A stretch of DNA of 64,000 bases. Source: an uncultured Gemmatimonadales bacterium. GTDB lineage: Bacteria; Gemmatimonadota; Gemmatimonadetes; Longimicrobiales; Longimicrobiaceae. Positions 54,515-64,000 of this stretch are shown here, piece by piece. Below the pieces are notes generated by a model, which was given only the letters and a program-made list of their open reading frames with translations, made no database searches and was not told the origin of the DNA. A program made the position numbers and the translations under genes. The DNA is taken from the NCBI GenBank assembly GCA_963716255.1, contig OY970303.1, positions 4,832,001-4,896,000 on the forward strand. Reading direction: 5' to 3'. Numbering within the stretch: the first letter of the stretch is position 1; each line of letters opens with the position of its first letter.

Positions 54515-56448
54515 AGATCCTCCTGGGCCGGTGTGGGCTGCCGGACCACGGGTCGGCTTGCGCGCGTCGGAGACCACCGGAGTCCACCGGCCGCAGCAGG
54601 GCGCAATGCCGAAAGGTAGCCGAGCAGAGCCGTGGTGCGGCGCACGCCCGCCGGGGCAACGTTCCAGCACCCGCCGAAGTCGCTGGAAGCGTATTCTACG
54701 CTCAGTCCCAGGGGGTGAGCGAGGAAAGGCCCATCGTTCCCCCCATGCTGGCCCTGGTCGCCAATCGTCATCACCGCCGCCTTGGGGTCGATCCGACGGT
54801 GCAGTGCCTCGACGACGCGCAGCTTGGAGGAGGAGCGGCCGATCACGTCCACCGTGTGCCCCGAGGAGAGCACGTCGACGCCACATGGCGTGCCGACAAG
54901 TGCCTCGAGGACAAATCGCTTCAGCATCCCGTCCGGCATAGGCACCGCGGAGCGGACCGTCAGCTGTGTCGGCCGCAGCCTGAACTCCGCCACCCGCGCG
55001 AGCAAGGGCGACCCGGTGAGCACCGCATGGGCTCGGGCCACCTCGGCGTCCGGTGGACAGGGGGGCGGGTCTGGTTCGTCCAACCGCAGGATCACGCCGC
55101 CGTTGTACATGCCGACCGTGACACGCGGCCAGACGGGCTCCGGCGTGACCGCACGGAGCGCATCCAGGACAGAATCTCCCCGACCGGTCGCGATCCCGAC
55201 CTCGGCGCCTTGTTCGACGAGCCGCGCCAGCGCCTCGCCCACGGCCGAGCCAGGCGCACCGTACCGCTCGTCCGCCTCGCACAGGGTGCCGTCATAGTCG
55301 AAAGCGACGGCGCCGATCCGTGCCCGCTGTACCTCGTGCACCCATGCGCGGCAGCGGGATCGCCAATCGTCCCGGACCGGCTCGGCGGCCCCGGCCCAGA
55401 CTGCCTCGGATACCTTGCGCCGGATCCAGAGGTCTTCCCTCGAGCCCGCCTCGGCCGACACCCGCTGGGCCTTCGTGATCCCGGCATGGTAGAGGGTCCT
55501 CCCGAATGCGGGGACCCTGGGGCGGCCGGGGTCGAGTCCGTCCGCCGCGGCGACCGCGCCGGCGAGCCGGATCACGCGTACGAGCAGGTCCAGTGCACCG
55601 GCCTCCGCGGCCAGCGGGCTCAAGAGAGACGTCCTGCGAACGTAAGCTGGAAGCACCTCGAGGGTGCTCTCCAGGGCTCCCGCCTCTTCAGCGGTCGCGA
55701 GGCCGACGATGCTCGTATCGGATGCACGTCGATGAAGGCCATGGTGACGACCGTGCGCGAAGTTCCGGGGGTCGATGACGGTGACGGCGCCCAGCCCGGC
55801 CTCGCCCCACTTGGATTCCATGTCAGCGGCTGCGGCTGTCGACCAAGCGGTCGCGAGCGTAACGACACTTCGGCTCCGGACCGACTCCACGCATTCCTCC
55901 GTGGCAGCGCCGTCCGCTTCGTCCAGGGCTGGCAAGGTATCCGGGAGCCTCACTCCGTAGCCTCGCGCCAGGATCGTGCACGTGAGGACCAGCGAGTTCG
56001 TCGCGAGGAACCCGTCCTTTCCCGCAGGCCCCGAGAACTCGGACACCGTCGCGTGGCGGAACCGGGCCAGGAGGTCGCGGAGTGCGGTTCCGGTTCGGGC
56101 GCACAGCCCCAGGAGCTCCGGGTACTCCGCCGTGACGGCGTGCCGCGCCGCCGCGAGAATGTCAGGGTTGCTACCACCTGCGCTGAGGAGGAGGACCCCC
56201 GCACCTTGCAGCGCCGGAAGCTGCACGAACTCGAGCGGCGTGAGAACCCGCGCCGGGAGTCGCGCGTGCGTCTCGTGGAGGCGAGCTGCGAAGTGGCAGG
56301 CGCTCACACTTCCCCCGGACCCGATGACGAGCAGGGGGCGCGCGCGGAGGGCTGCCACCCGAGGGATGAAGTCGGCCACGTCCGCAGTCAGCGCCCACTC
56401 GTACGTGGCGCCCAGCCGGGACAGTTCCTCTCTGTACGGGCGCCCCAT
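54511..56448 (-). CDS. SIS sugar-isomerase domain + HAD-IIB phosphatase fusion
   Basis: IGSGGS, LSAGGSNPD, DGFLATNS, HGRH; DYDGTL, IATGR, IGD..GND. Confidence 0.8.
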   Translation of the reverse strand: MGRPYREELSRLGATYEWALTADVADFIPRVAALRARPLLVIGSGGSVSACHFAARLHETHARLPARVLTPLEFVQLPALQGAGVLLLSAGGSNPDILAAARHAVTAEYPELLGLCARTGTALRDLLARFRHATVSEFSGPAGKDGFLATNSLVLTCTILARGYGVRLPDTLPALDEADGAATEECVESVRSRSVVTLATAWSTAAAADMESKWGEAGLGAVTVIDPRNFAHGRHHGLHRRASDTSIVGLATAEEAGALESTLEVLPAYVRRTSLLSPLAAEAGALDLLVRVIRLAGAVAAADGLDPGRPRVPAFGRTLYHAGITKAQRVSAEAGSREDLWIRRKVSEAVWAGAAEPVRDDWRSRCRAWVHEVQRARIGAVAFDYDGTLCEADERYGAPGSAVGEALARLVEQGAEVGIATGRGDSVLDALRAVTPEPVWPRVTVGMYNGGVILRLDEPDPPPCPPDAEVARAHAVLTGSPLLARVAEFRLRPTQLTVRSAVPMPDGMLKRFVLEALVGTPCGVDVLSSGHTVDVIGRSSSKLRVVEALHRRIDPKAAVMTIGDQGQHGGNDGPFLAHPLGLSVEYASSDFGGCWNVAPAGVRRTTALLGYLSALRPAAAGGLRWSPTRASRPVVRQPTPAQEDL

Positions 56449-57404
56449 CAGCGAGCTCCCTCGTGGTTCGCACGCGTAGCACGCAGCTCGATCCAGCGGG
56501 CCAGAAGAGGAGCGACCGCGTAGCGGCCGCGCTCTCCCGTACGCCGAGCCATTCCGTCCGTGACGAGGCGGCTGAGCTGGGCTCCCACATGTGAGGCGGG
56601 AAGCCCGATCCGATCTGCGATGTCACCTGTCGCTGCCGCACCCTCTACGGTCGCGAGGCACCAGAGGATGGCCCGCTGCTGAGGACCCAGCGACGCCCAG
56701 GACTCGGCGTACACCGCGCCAGCGAACTCCGCGGCTCGCTCGAACAACGCGTCCACGGCCGCGTCCGTGCTCACCTCGGCCATTCGGCTGAGGAAGACCA
56801 AGGCCGCGGGGTGACCGCCGGCGGAGACCACTACGCGCTCGATCGTTGGTTCCGACAGCCGTGGTGCGCGGCGTCGCACCAGCTGCCTTGCGCTACTGTC
56901 GTCAAGGTAGCCAAGCGTCAACACCGCGGCTCCGTTGGCAACGTTCGCGAGTGGTCCATCTGCTGTGGTGAGCCGCTCCACCGCTCCGGGGTGGCATGAC
57001 GCGAGGACCCGCACGCCGCGATCCCCGCCGACCAGAGCTGCAAGTGCCCTGGCGATGCGCTCGCGCTTGAAGACGAGCGCATCCAAATCGTCCACGACGA
57101 GTAGCACGCTTTGCCGCGGGAGGCGTCGGCAGACCGACTCCAACGGTTCGGCAAGGGTACGTTCCACGCCAAGCGCGGCTGCCAGGAGCGCGGCCGTGTG
57201 TTCCTCGCTCGCGACCACCTCACCGCTGATCCAGGCCTGGTGAAAGCCGTGCTCACGCGAAACCAGACGCGCGGCGGCCTGGATTACCGAGCTTTTGCCC
57301 ATGCCGGGCGCGCCGGCGACCAGCACCGCAGCATGTCCGCTGCGAAGCGCGTCCTCAGCCGAGGTGAGAACCGGATCAACATAAGATTTTTTTGCAACGA
57401 TCAT
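56448..57404 (-). CDS. AAA+/STAND-like NTPase with C-terminal winged helix
   Basis: GAPGMGKS, LLVVDDLD, GGHP, QQRAIL...DIADRIG...LSRLVTDG; TGATG coupling. Confidence 0.75.
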   Translation of the reverse strand: MIVAKKSYVDPVLTSAEDALRSGHAAVLVAGAPGMGKSSVIQAAARLVSREHGFHQAWISGEVVASEEHTAALLAAALGVERTLAEPLESVCRRLPRQSVLLVVDDLDALVFKRERIARALAALVGGDRGVRVLASCHPGAVERLTTADGPLANVANGAAVLTLGYLDDSSARQLVRRRAPRLSEPTIERVVVSAGGHPAALVFLSRMAEVSTDAAVDALFERAAEFAGAVYAESWASLGPQQRAILWCLATVEGAAATGDIADRIGLPASHVGAQLSRLVTDGMARRTGERGRYAVAPLLARWIELRATRANHEGAR

Positions 57405-57695
57405 GTTTAAAACATAATCGTTTCGGCTGCTGTACGCCAGTATGTTGTGGTTATCGGGTCTCTGGTGAGACCTCACGACGCGGGCGAGGGGCCCCCGGAT
57501 GATGCGGTCCTGGGCGTCTTTTTTTCCTGCGTGAGTGGGGGCGCAGGGTGCATGCGGACCATGAGAGGCCGCAGGGAGGCCGGGAGCAGGTGAAGGCAGT
57601 CGCAACCCACACGCCACCGGCGAAGGACAGGCAGCGGCTCCGCTGGAGGTAGTGGATGAACCGCAGCTTCCCGAGAGCAGGTGCGCCAAGGTGAG

Positions 57696-58200
57696 CTACG
57701 TAGCGGCAGCGAGAGCCGGCAGGATGGGGTGGTCACCCCGCGGCTCGCCCAGCCTGCGGATCTTCACCCACAGTGCCGCGATCTCCCCTCGCAGGGCCTC
57801 GGTCGCCTCGGCGGGAGCACGAGCCGCAGGGGGAAGTCGAAGACGAAAGATCCCCTGATCGCCGCGCTCAGCCGCTCCAGCTGGGCGTCGAGCCCGCGGG
57901 TGAGCTCCACGACCAGCAGCGCCGGCCAGGCGAAGCCAGGCAGCACCATAGGCATCTCCAGCCACCGCTCCAGCCGGAGGAGCGGGCGCCCCCCCCGCTT
58001 TCCCTCCCCACCTCGTGCCGCGCTGAAGGTGCCGTCCGTCTCCCGCACGACCGCCGTCGCGTCGTCCAGCGAAGCCACCCCGCCGCCCGGACCGCGGCCC
58101 GGACTTCCTCGTGGGTCATGCGCTCCCGGCGGAGCGCCCCCGTGCCTGCCAACTTGCCGGTCCCTGCATCGGCCAGCGCCTGCCTCTCTCACCAGCAGAT
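57696..58200 (-). pseudogene. Frameshifted remnants: ion-transport (K+ channel-like) N-terminus and DUF421/YetF C-terminus
   Basis: LERWLEMPM..GFAW..LLVVEL...FVFDF.LRL fragment; LRRERMTHEEVRAAVR / VVRETDGTFS split across frames. Confidence 0.5.
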
Positions 58201-58226
58201 CGAGGCAAGGCCCCCGATCCGCTTCG

Positions 58227-59621
58227 TCAGCGAAGAGGCCCGTGCTGCGTGCCCGGGGTAATACTCGTCACCGGCACAATCCGGATCGGGGTCGTGCTCC
58301 GCCGGACCAGGAGCCATCCGATCAGCCCGGCCGCGATGGAAGCGGTGAAGATGCCGATCTTGGCGCGGTCCACCATTCCAGAGTCGGCAAAGGCCAGCCC
58401 GCCGACGAACAGCGACATGGTGAAGCCGATGCCGCCCAGCCATGCCACCGCGTGGATCTGTCCCCAGCGCAGTCCTGCCGGCATCTCCGCCATCCGCAGC
58501 CGCACCGCGAGCCAGGCGAAGAGCGTGATCCCCACCGGTTTCCCGATGAGCAGCCCCAGGATGATCCCCAGCGTCACCGGGTGGGCCAGGGCGGTCGCGG
58601 CGTCACGCGGGATCGCCACCCCGGCGTTGGCGAGGGCGAAGAGCGGGATGACGAGGAAGGCCACCGGGGTGTGGAGCTCGTGCTCGATCCGCTGGAGCGG
58701 AGCCTGCGCCGCCTCCGCCGCCTCTTCCACTGCGTGGATGGCCGCCTGCTGGCGGTGGTTCGTGAGGACCGAACGCCCCTCCTCGCCTGCATCCTCGAAG
58801 CGCACCAGGGCACGGCTGGCGTGGCTCAGGAACTGGTCCGCGTCGATGCGGGTGCGGGCCGGGATGGTCATGGCCAGGAGCACTCCCGCGACCGTGGCGT
58901 GGACACCGGAGGCCAGGAAGCACGCCCAGATCGCCAGCCCGAGCACGACGTAGGGCACCGGCCGCCTGACCCCCAGCCGGTTGGCGGCGGCCGCGACGGC
59001 GAGGAGCCCGAGCCCTGCGGCGAGCGCTCCCCACGCGATCCCAGCCGTGTAGAAGAGCGCGATCACCAGCACCGCGCCGATGTCGTCGACGATGGCGAGC
59101 GCGGTCAGGAACACCTTGAGCGACACCGGCACGCGCGGGCCGAGGAGCGCCAGCACCCCCAGCGCGAAGGCGATGTCCGTCGCCATGGGGATCCCCCACC
59201 CCGGGGCACCCTCCCCTCCGGCGTTGAGCAGCGCGTAGAGCCCGGCCGGGACCACCATCCCGCCGAGCGCCGCGGCCGCCGGAAGCGCGGCGCGCCGCAG
59301 CGAGGCGAGCTCCCCCACCAGGCCCTCGCGCTTGATCTCCAGCCCCACGAGAAAAAAGAACACGGCCATGAGGCCGTCGTTGATCCAGTGGTGGAGCGTG
59401 TGCGAGGTCTCCCAAGGCCCCATCCGCAGCGCCAGCTCCGTCTCCCAGAGGTGGTGGTACGCATCCGCCAGGGGCGAGTTTGCCAGGACGAGCGCGACCG
59501 CGGCCGCGGCCATGAGCACCAGCCCGCCGGCCGACTCGGTACGGATGAAGGCGGAGACCGGGGCCAGGATCCGCTGGATCGTGGTGGCGGGGAGCAGGGG
59601 TGCGGCGCTGTCGACTTGCAT
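58227..59621 (-). CDS. nhaA: Na+/H+ antiporter NhaA
   Basis: WINDGLMAVFFF, ATDIAF, LAIVDD, GKPVGI, GIGFTMSLF. Confidence 0.95.
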   Translation of the reverse strand: MQVDSAAPLLPATTIQRILAPVSAFIRTESAGGLVLMAAAAVALVLANSPLADAYHHLWETELALRMGPWETSHTLHHWINDGLMAVFFFLVGLEIKREGLVGELASLRRAALPAAAALGGMVVPAGLYALLNAGGEGAPGWGIPMATDIAFALGVLALLGPRVPVSLKVFLTALAIVDDIGAVLVIALFYTAGIAWGALAAGLGLLAVAAAANRLGVRRPVPYVVLGLAIWACFLASGVHATVAGVLLAMTIPARTRIDADQFLSHASRALVRFEDAGEEGRSVLTNHRQQAAIHAVEEAAEAAQAPLQRIEHELHTPVAFLVIPLFALANAGVAIPRDAATALAHPVTLGIILGLLIGKPVGITLFAWLAVRLRMAEMPAGLRWGQIHAVAWLGGIGFTMSLFVGGLAFADSGMVDRAKIGIFTASIAAGLIGWLLVRRSTTPIRIVPVTSITPGTQHGPLR

Positions 59622-59840
59622 CGTATCGATAGGGGCTCCGAAGTGGGCGACGGCAAGAGTGGAAGGCGGCGTCCAGCGTACGCGGCCTCCCCGGGACCTG
59701 CGTCTACACCGGGCCCCGGGCGATGTGGCGGTACTCTGATGAACCCCCGGCACCGTGGGGGGGTAGCCCTCCACGCAACGCCCGCACCGCTGGAGCAGCC
59801 AGGCGCGTCAGGGAGGGGTGGGCCTCGACACGGGAACGGA

Positions 59841-60425
59841 ATGGGTGGAGCCTGGATCGAGCAGTACGGGTACTGGGCGGTGCTCCTCGGCGGAATCCTG
59901 GAGGGGGAGACGGTGTTCGTGGCCGCGGGCTACGGCCTGAGCCAGGAGTACCTGAGGCCGCTCCCCACCTTCCTCGCAGCGGTGCTGGGAGGGACCCTGG
60001 GAGACTTCGCGTACTACACCCTGGGCCGGATCTACGGCGCCCGGCTGATTCGCGCCGTTCCCTTCCTACGGCGCCTTCGCGCCCGGGCGGTGCTGCTGCT
60101 GCGCCGGTGGGGGAGGGCCACCGCGTTCGTCACGCGGTTCGCGTACGGGCTTCGGATCGTGCTCCCACTCAGCATCGGCGCCGCGCGGCTCGCCTGGCCC
60201 GTGTTCCTCCTCTTCAACCTGCTCGGCTCGATGGCCTTCGCCGCCACGTACCTGTCCCTCGGCTACCTGTTCGGCGAGACGCTGGAGGAGATCCTCGGGC
60301 GTCTGCGGGGATACGAGGGACGGATCCTGCTCGGGGTCGCGCTGGCCGGGGCGGTCTTCTGGGCCGTCCGCGAGTGGAAGCTGGTCCGCGCCGCGGAGCC
60401 CGGGGAACCGGACGTCGGCGAGTAG
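59841..60425 (+). CDS. DedA-family membrane protein
   Basis: YGY...LEGET...AG, GD...Y.LGR, RF.YGLR. Confidence 0.9.
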   Translation: MGGAWIEQYGYWAVLLGGILEGETVFVAAGYGLSQEYLRPLPTFLAAVLGGTLGDFAYYTLGRIYGARLIRAVPFLRRLRARAVLLLRRWGRATAFVTRFAYGLRIVLPLSIGAARLAWPVFLLFNLLGSMAFAATYLSLGYLFGETLEEILGRLRGYEGRILLGVALAGAVFWAVREWKLVRAAEPGEPDVGE

Positions 60426-60475
60426 CGGAGCCGCGGCGCGGCGGGCGCGCGAGTCCCTGCCCGGGAATGGTGGTC

Positions 60476-61960
60476 TCATGCTCTTGACGTGACGGCCGGA
60501 TGCGGCCCGGAGGTGGCTTCGCGCCGGTTCGTCGCCGGGAGCCGCAGCGTGAAGACAGTCTCCCGGCCGACCTCGCTGGCCACGGTGAGGTCGCCGCTCA
60601 GCAGCCGGGCGATCCGTCGGCTGATGGCAAGGCCGAGGCCGCTCCCTTCACCGCCGCTGTCGGGGATCCGGTAGAACTCCAGGAAGATCCTGTCCAGCTC
60701 GGACCCGGCGATCCCCGGTCCGAAGTCGGCCACCCGCACCACGCCCCACCCCTGGACGGCGCCCCCGGCGTCCGGCTCGCGGGCGACCGACAGGACGATC
60801 CGGTCGCTCCCGTGCGCGTACTTGGCCGCGTTGGAGATCAGGTTCCCGACGATCTGCCGGACCCGCGCGGGATCCGTGTGGACCAGCACCGCGTGGAGGG
60901 GAAGCTCCAGGTCGATGCGCTTCCCCGAGGCCGTCGCGGTGCCGAGGTACTCCCCGGCGGCGGAGCGGACGAGCGGGACGAGGTCCACGCGGCCCCACTC
61001 GATCGGGAGGTCTCCCCCCTCGGCGCGCGAGACCTCGAGCAGGTCACGGATGATCCCCAGCGCGCTCCGGATGCACCGGCGCACCGCGTCCACCATCTCT
61101 TCCTGCGCCGGCGCCAGCGGCCCGCGGAGCCCCATCTGCAGGAGCTCGGAGTACCCGTCCGCCGCGCCCAGCGGGTTCTTGATGTCGTGGGTGATCCCCC
61201 GGACCAGCCGCTGGCGGGACTCCATGGTGCGCCGGGTCTCGCGGAGCGCCTGCTCCGCCTGCAGCCTGCGGCCCTCGGCCTCGTGGGCCAGCCGCCTCAG
61301 CTGCCCCCCGAGCCGGGCGACGACCAGCGAGGACGCGAAGGCGAGAAGCACCAGGCCCGCCGTGACGACCAGGCCCAGGCGCTCCAGCTCCCGGATGCGC
61401 TCGCCGCGCGTCTGCGCGGCCCGCATGATGGCCGCGTCCAGGTCGCGGGCCGCGCCCAGTGCCTGCTCGTAGAGCGCCTGCTCGTTGGCGATCCCGGCGA
61501 GGAACGCGGGGGACGCCTCGCGGCGGCGGACGACCTCGGACTCGTCGACCCGCCGGTGCCATTCGGCGGAGAGCGTGTGGAGCTCGGCGAACTCGTGGGC
61601 GACCTCCGGGCCCAGGCCGTGCGCGAGGGGATGGAGCTGCCGGTAGGTGACCTGCTCCCGGGCGCGGGCCTGCGAGTAGACGTCCAGGAACTCCGCCCGG
61701 CTGGTGAGCAGGAAGCCGCGCAGCGCGGACATCTCCCGGGCCAGCGCGAACTGGATCCCGGTCACCAGGGTGCGCCCCGGGTCCGCGCTCTCGTCGATCT
61801 CCGCGCGCACCGCGTCGATGCGCCGCTGCAGCAGGACCGGAGCGAGCACCGACAGCGTGAGCGAGACAAGGACCAGCCCCAGCGCCAGCGAGCCGATCCA
61901 TGCCGGACGCGCGCGGCGTGGCTCATCCGGAACCGCGTCGAGCCCACGCTCCGCCGTCAC
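60476..61960 (-). CDS. Sensor histidine kinase (two TM, CHASE3-like periplasmic domain)
   Basis: HDIKNPL H-box, NLISNA, D.GPGI, GSGLGL; start uncertain. Confidence 0.9.
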   Translation of the reverse strand: MTAERGLDAVPDEPRRARPAWIGSLALGLVLVSLTLSVLAPVLLQRRIDAVRAEIDESADPGRTLVTGIQFALAREMSALRGFLLTSRAEFLDVYSQARAREQVTYRQLHPLAHGLGPEVAHEFAELHTLSAEWHRRVDESEVVRRREASPAFLAGIANEQALYEQALGAARDLDAAIMRAAQTRGERIRELERLGLVVTAGLVLLAFASSLVVARLGGQLRRLAHEAEGRRLQAEQALRETRRTMESRQRLVRGITHDIKNPLGAADGYSELLQMGLRGPLAPAQEEMVDAVRRCIRSALGIIRDLLEVSRAEGGDLPIEWGRVDLVPLVRSAAGEYLGTATASGKRIDLELPLHAVLVHTDPARVRQIVGNLISNAAKYAHGSDRIVLSVAREPDAGGAVQGWGVVRVADFGPGIAGSELDRIFLEFYRIPDSGGEGSGLGLAISRRIARLLSGDLTVASEVGRETVFTLRLPATNRREATSGPHPAVTSRA

Positions 61961-61962
61961 GC

Positions 61963-62364
61963 TCAGCCCTCCGTCCGGAACGCGGCGCACTGCGCTCCCG
62001 CGAGATCCGCATTCTCCGCCCCCTCCCACCACTCCCGCCGGCCGCCCTCGTCGACCGGGGATGACGCGTCCGCCCTCGCTTCCCGGGAGAGCCGCGGATC
62101 CCGCAGCGCCCGGTCCATCAGCCGGAACAGGCTCCCCAGCTCCAGGCGCAGGCGCTCCTGGTAGCCCAGCGTGATCACCTCCTCGTCGCAGAGCGATCCG
62201 GGGGCGGCGTGCTGCCGCGCCTCCATCCGCGCGACGCGCACCGCCGCCGAGGTCATCTGCTTCCCGAAGGAGCTTCCCGGGTCCGTGGTGCTCCGGTCCG
62301 CGCACGCCCCCAGCAGCGACATCGCGAGGAAGAGCATGGCCCCCCGCCCGGGCCGTACCCTCAT
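61963..62364 (-). CDS. Hypothetical lipoprotein, possibly truncated
   Basis: Lipobox LGAC; ATGA overlap with the SLT gene. Confidence 0.45.
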   Translation of the reverse strand: MRVRPGRGAMLFLAMSLLGACADRSTTDPGSSFGKQMTSAAVRVARMEARQHAAPGSLCDEEVITLGYQERLRLELGSLFRLMDRALRDPRLSREARADASSPVDEGGRREWWEGAENADLAGAQCAAFRTEG

Positions 62365-64000
62365 CGGTCCCCTCCGGCACGTGCGCCGGGCACCGGCTCC
62401 GCTCCATAGAGCCAGGCGTACAGGCGGGCGTTGCGCTGCACCACCTGCACGTACTCCCGTGTCTCCGCGTACGGAATCCGCTCGGCGAACAGCTCCTCGT
62501 CGCGGAACTCGGGGAAGGCACGCCACCGGGCGACCCGTCCAGACCCCGCGTTGTAGCCCGCGAGCACGTCGGTGAGCCGCGCCCCGGGGGCGCGGAGCAG
62601 CCCGGCCAGGTGGTGGACTCCCAGGCGCAGGTTGAGGTCGGGACGCTTGAGCTGCTCCGGGCGGAAGCCGGGGATTCCCTCGGAGCGGGCGAGCGAGCGT
62701 CCAGTCTCCGGCATCACCTGCATCAGCCCCACCGCGCCCGCACCGCTCACCGCGGCGGAGTCGAACATGGACTCCTGCCGGATCAGGCCCGCGACCAGGA
62801 ACGGGTCGATCCCCCACCGCCCCGCCTCGGCGACGATCCGCCCCCGGTAGGGGAATGGATACACGATGCGGAGCAGCCGGCGGTTCCACGCCCCTTCGGC
62901 CCGGAACACGTCCCACCCCAGGCGGATCCCGGCGGCCAGCTGCCCCGCCTGCTGGAGCCCCTCGGCTACCGGGTACAGCCCTTCCGGCGCGCCGTCGAAG
63001 TGCAGCCGGACGCGCTCCATCTCCAGCTCCACGGCTCCGGGGATCCCCGCCTCCCGGAGGACGGCCAGGCGCGCCAGCGCACCCCGCGCCTCTTCCTCCA
63101 CCCGCGGACCGGCCCGGGGCCCGGCGGGCAGGGAGGCCGCGGACAGCTCTCCCCCGGTGCTCTCCAGGGCGCGCAGGCCGTAGTAGGAGACGGGACCGGC
63201 CTGGACCGTCTCCCGGAACAGCTCCCGCGCGCGGCCCCGGTCCCCCGCCGCGTGGTGCATCCGGGCCATCCAGTAGGTCGCGGCCTGGAAGGGCTCGCCC
63301 CGGGGATGCGCGTCGCGGCTGCGCTCGAACGTCGCCGCGGCCCGCTCCGGACGCCCGTCCAAGTAGTCGAGGCCGCCCAGCCGCATCGCGGCGGCCGCCT
63401 TATTCGGGGAGCTGCCGGGAGCGGCCAGCACGCGCGCGTACCCGGCCCGCGCCTCGCGGTGGCGGCCCGCGTCGTGGTCGAGGTCTGCGACCGCGAACAG
63501 GGCCTCGACCACGGCGGCTTCCTCCGGGAAGCGGTCGGCCGCCTGCCGGAACGTCGCGACCGCGCGCTCCTGTGCCCCCTGCCGGTACTGCGACCGGGCC
63601 GCGAGGAGCAGCGCCTCCGCGGCGACCGCCGGGGGGGCCAAGCGCGCCAGCGCCAGGAGCGTCCGCTCCGCCTCCGCGTGCCGCCCGGCGCGCTGCCTCG
63701 CCCGCCCGATCTCCAGGCGGACCTCGGCGACGTCGGCGGGCCCGGCGGGAACCGAGGCCAGGTAGGCTTCGAGGTCGGCGATGCCGGGGTCGGTCTGCGC
63801 GTGCGCGAGCAGGACGCGTCCCGTCTGCTTCCTCTCGTCCGGTGTTGCGCCGCGGAGCCCGCGGAGGGCACGGGCGCCCCGGAGAGCCGCCGCGGTGCGC
63901 GGGGCGGCATCGAGGGCGCGTGCGAGGTCGGCCCGTGCCGCGGCGGTGTCGCCGCGGGCCAGCCGCAGCTCCGCGGCGCGGACCCAGGCCTCAGCCCGGC
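62361..64000 (-). CDS. TPR-containing soluble lytic transglycosylase (5' end beyond window)
   Basis: IRQES.F, GAVGLMQ, YNAG, ETREYV; frame appears open upstream of 63641. Confidence 0.9.
   Translation of the reverse strand, partial: RAEAWVRAAELRLARGDTAAARADLARALDAAPRTAAALRGARALRGLRGATPDERKQTGRVLLAHAQTDPGIADLEAYLASVPAGPADVAEVRLEIGRARQRAGRHAEAERTLLALARLAPPAVAAEALLLAARSQYRQGAQERAVATFRQAADRFPEEAAVVEALFAVADLDHDAGRHREARAGYARVLAAPGSSPNKAAAAMRLGGLDYLDGRPERAAATFERSRDAHPRGEPFQAATYWMARMHHAAGDRGRARELFRETVQAGPVSYYGLRALESTGGELSAASLPAGPRAGPRVEEEARGALARLAVLREAGIPGAVELEMERVRLHFDGAPEGLYPVAEGLQQAGQLAAGIRLGWDVFRAEGAWNRRLLRIVYPFPYRGRIVAEAGRWGIDPFLVAGLIRQESMFDSAAVSGAGAVGLMQVMPETGRSLARSEGIPGFRPEQLKRPDLNLRLGVHHLAGLLRAPGARLTDVLAGYNAGSGRVARWRAFPEFRDEELFAERIPYAETREYVQVVQRNARLYAWLYGAEPVPGARAGGDR

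Overview
A very GC-rich bacterial window; the gene content resembles Gemmatimonadota/Longimicrobium, which is an inference only. (1) 1-7.7 kb holds housekeeping genes: partial pilB, comEA, an M28 peptidase, lptF/lptG, DinB, azlCD and a CGNR zinc-finger protein. (2) 8.0-36.0 kb is an apparently complete extracellular contractile injection system (eCIS, Afp/PVC-like). It encodes an AAA ATPase, two large multidomain putative effectors, a frameshifted DUF4255, two sheaths, two tubes, a probable -1 frameshift chaperone pair, LysM, a split hub/spike, PAAR, gp25, two baseplate-J proteins, tail protein I and a fibre. One effector is DUF4157 + M15-like peptidase + lytic-transglycosylase-like; the other is JAB-like + His-Me nuclease. 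(3) 36.2-48.8 kb holds a secreted 6-Cys defensin-like peptide, a CsoR/CopA/CopZ copper operon with three uncharacterised envelope genes, BtpA, an ECF42-like sigma factor with duplicated DGPF/YCII genes, and an MFS transporter. (4) 49.1-57.4 kb is a compositionally distinct six-gene operon (NTPase-wHTH, SIS-HAD, PRTase, second NTPase, CARF-like?, PfkB), a candidate nucleotide-based conflict/defence system, flanked by gene remnants. (5) 58.2-64 kb holds nhaA, DedA, a histidine kinase and a partial TPR-SLT. A ~135-140 nt repeat with covarying stems occurs 7 times. All calls come from reading motifs by eye; no database searches were run.
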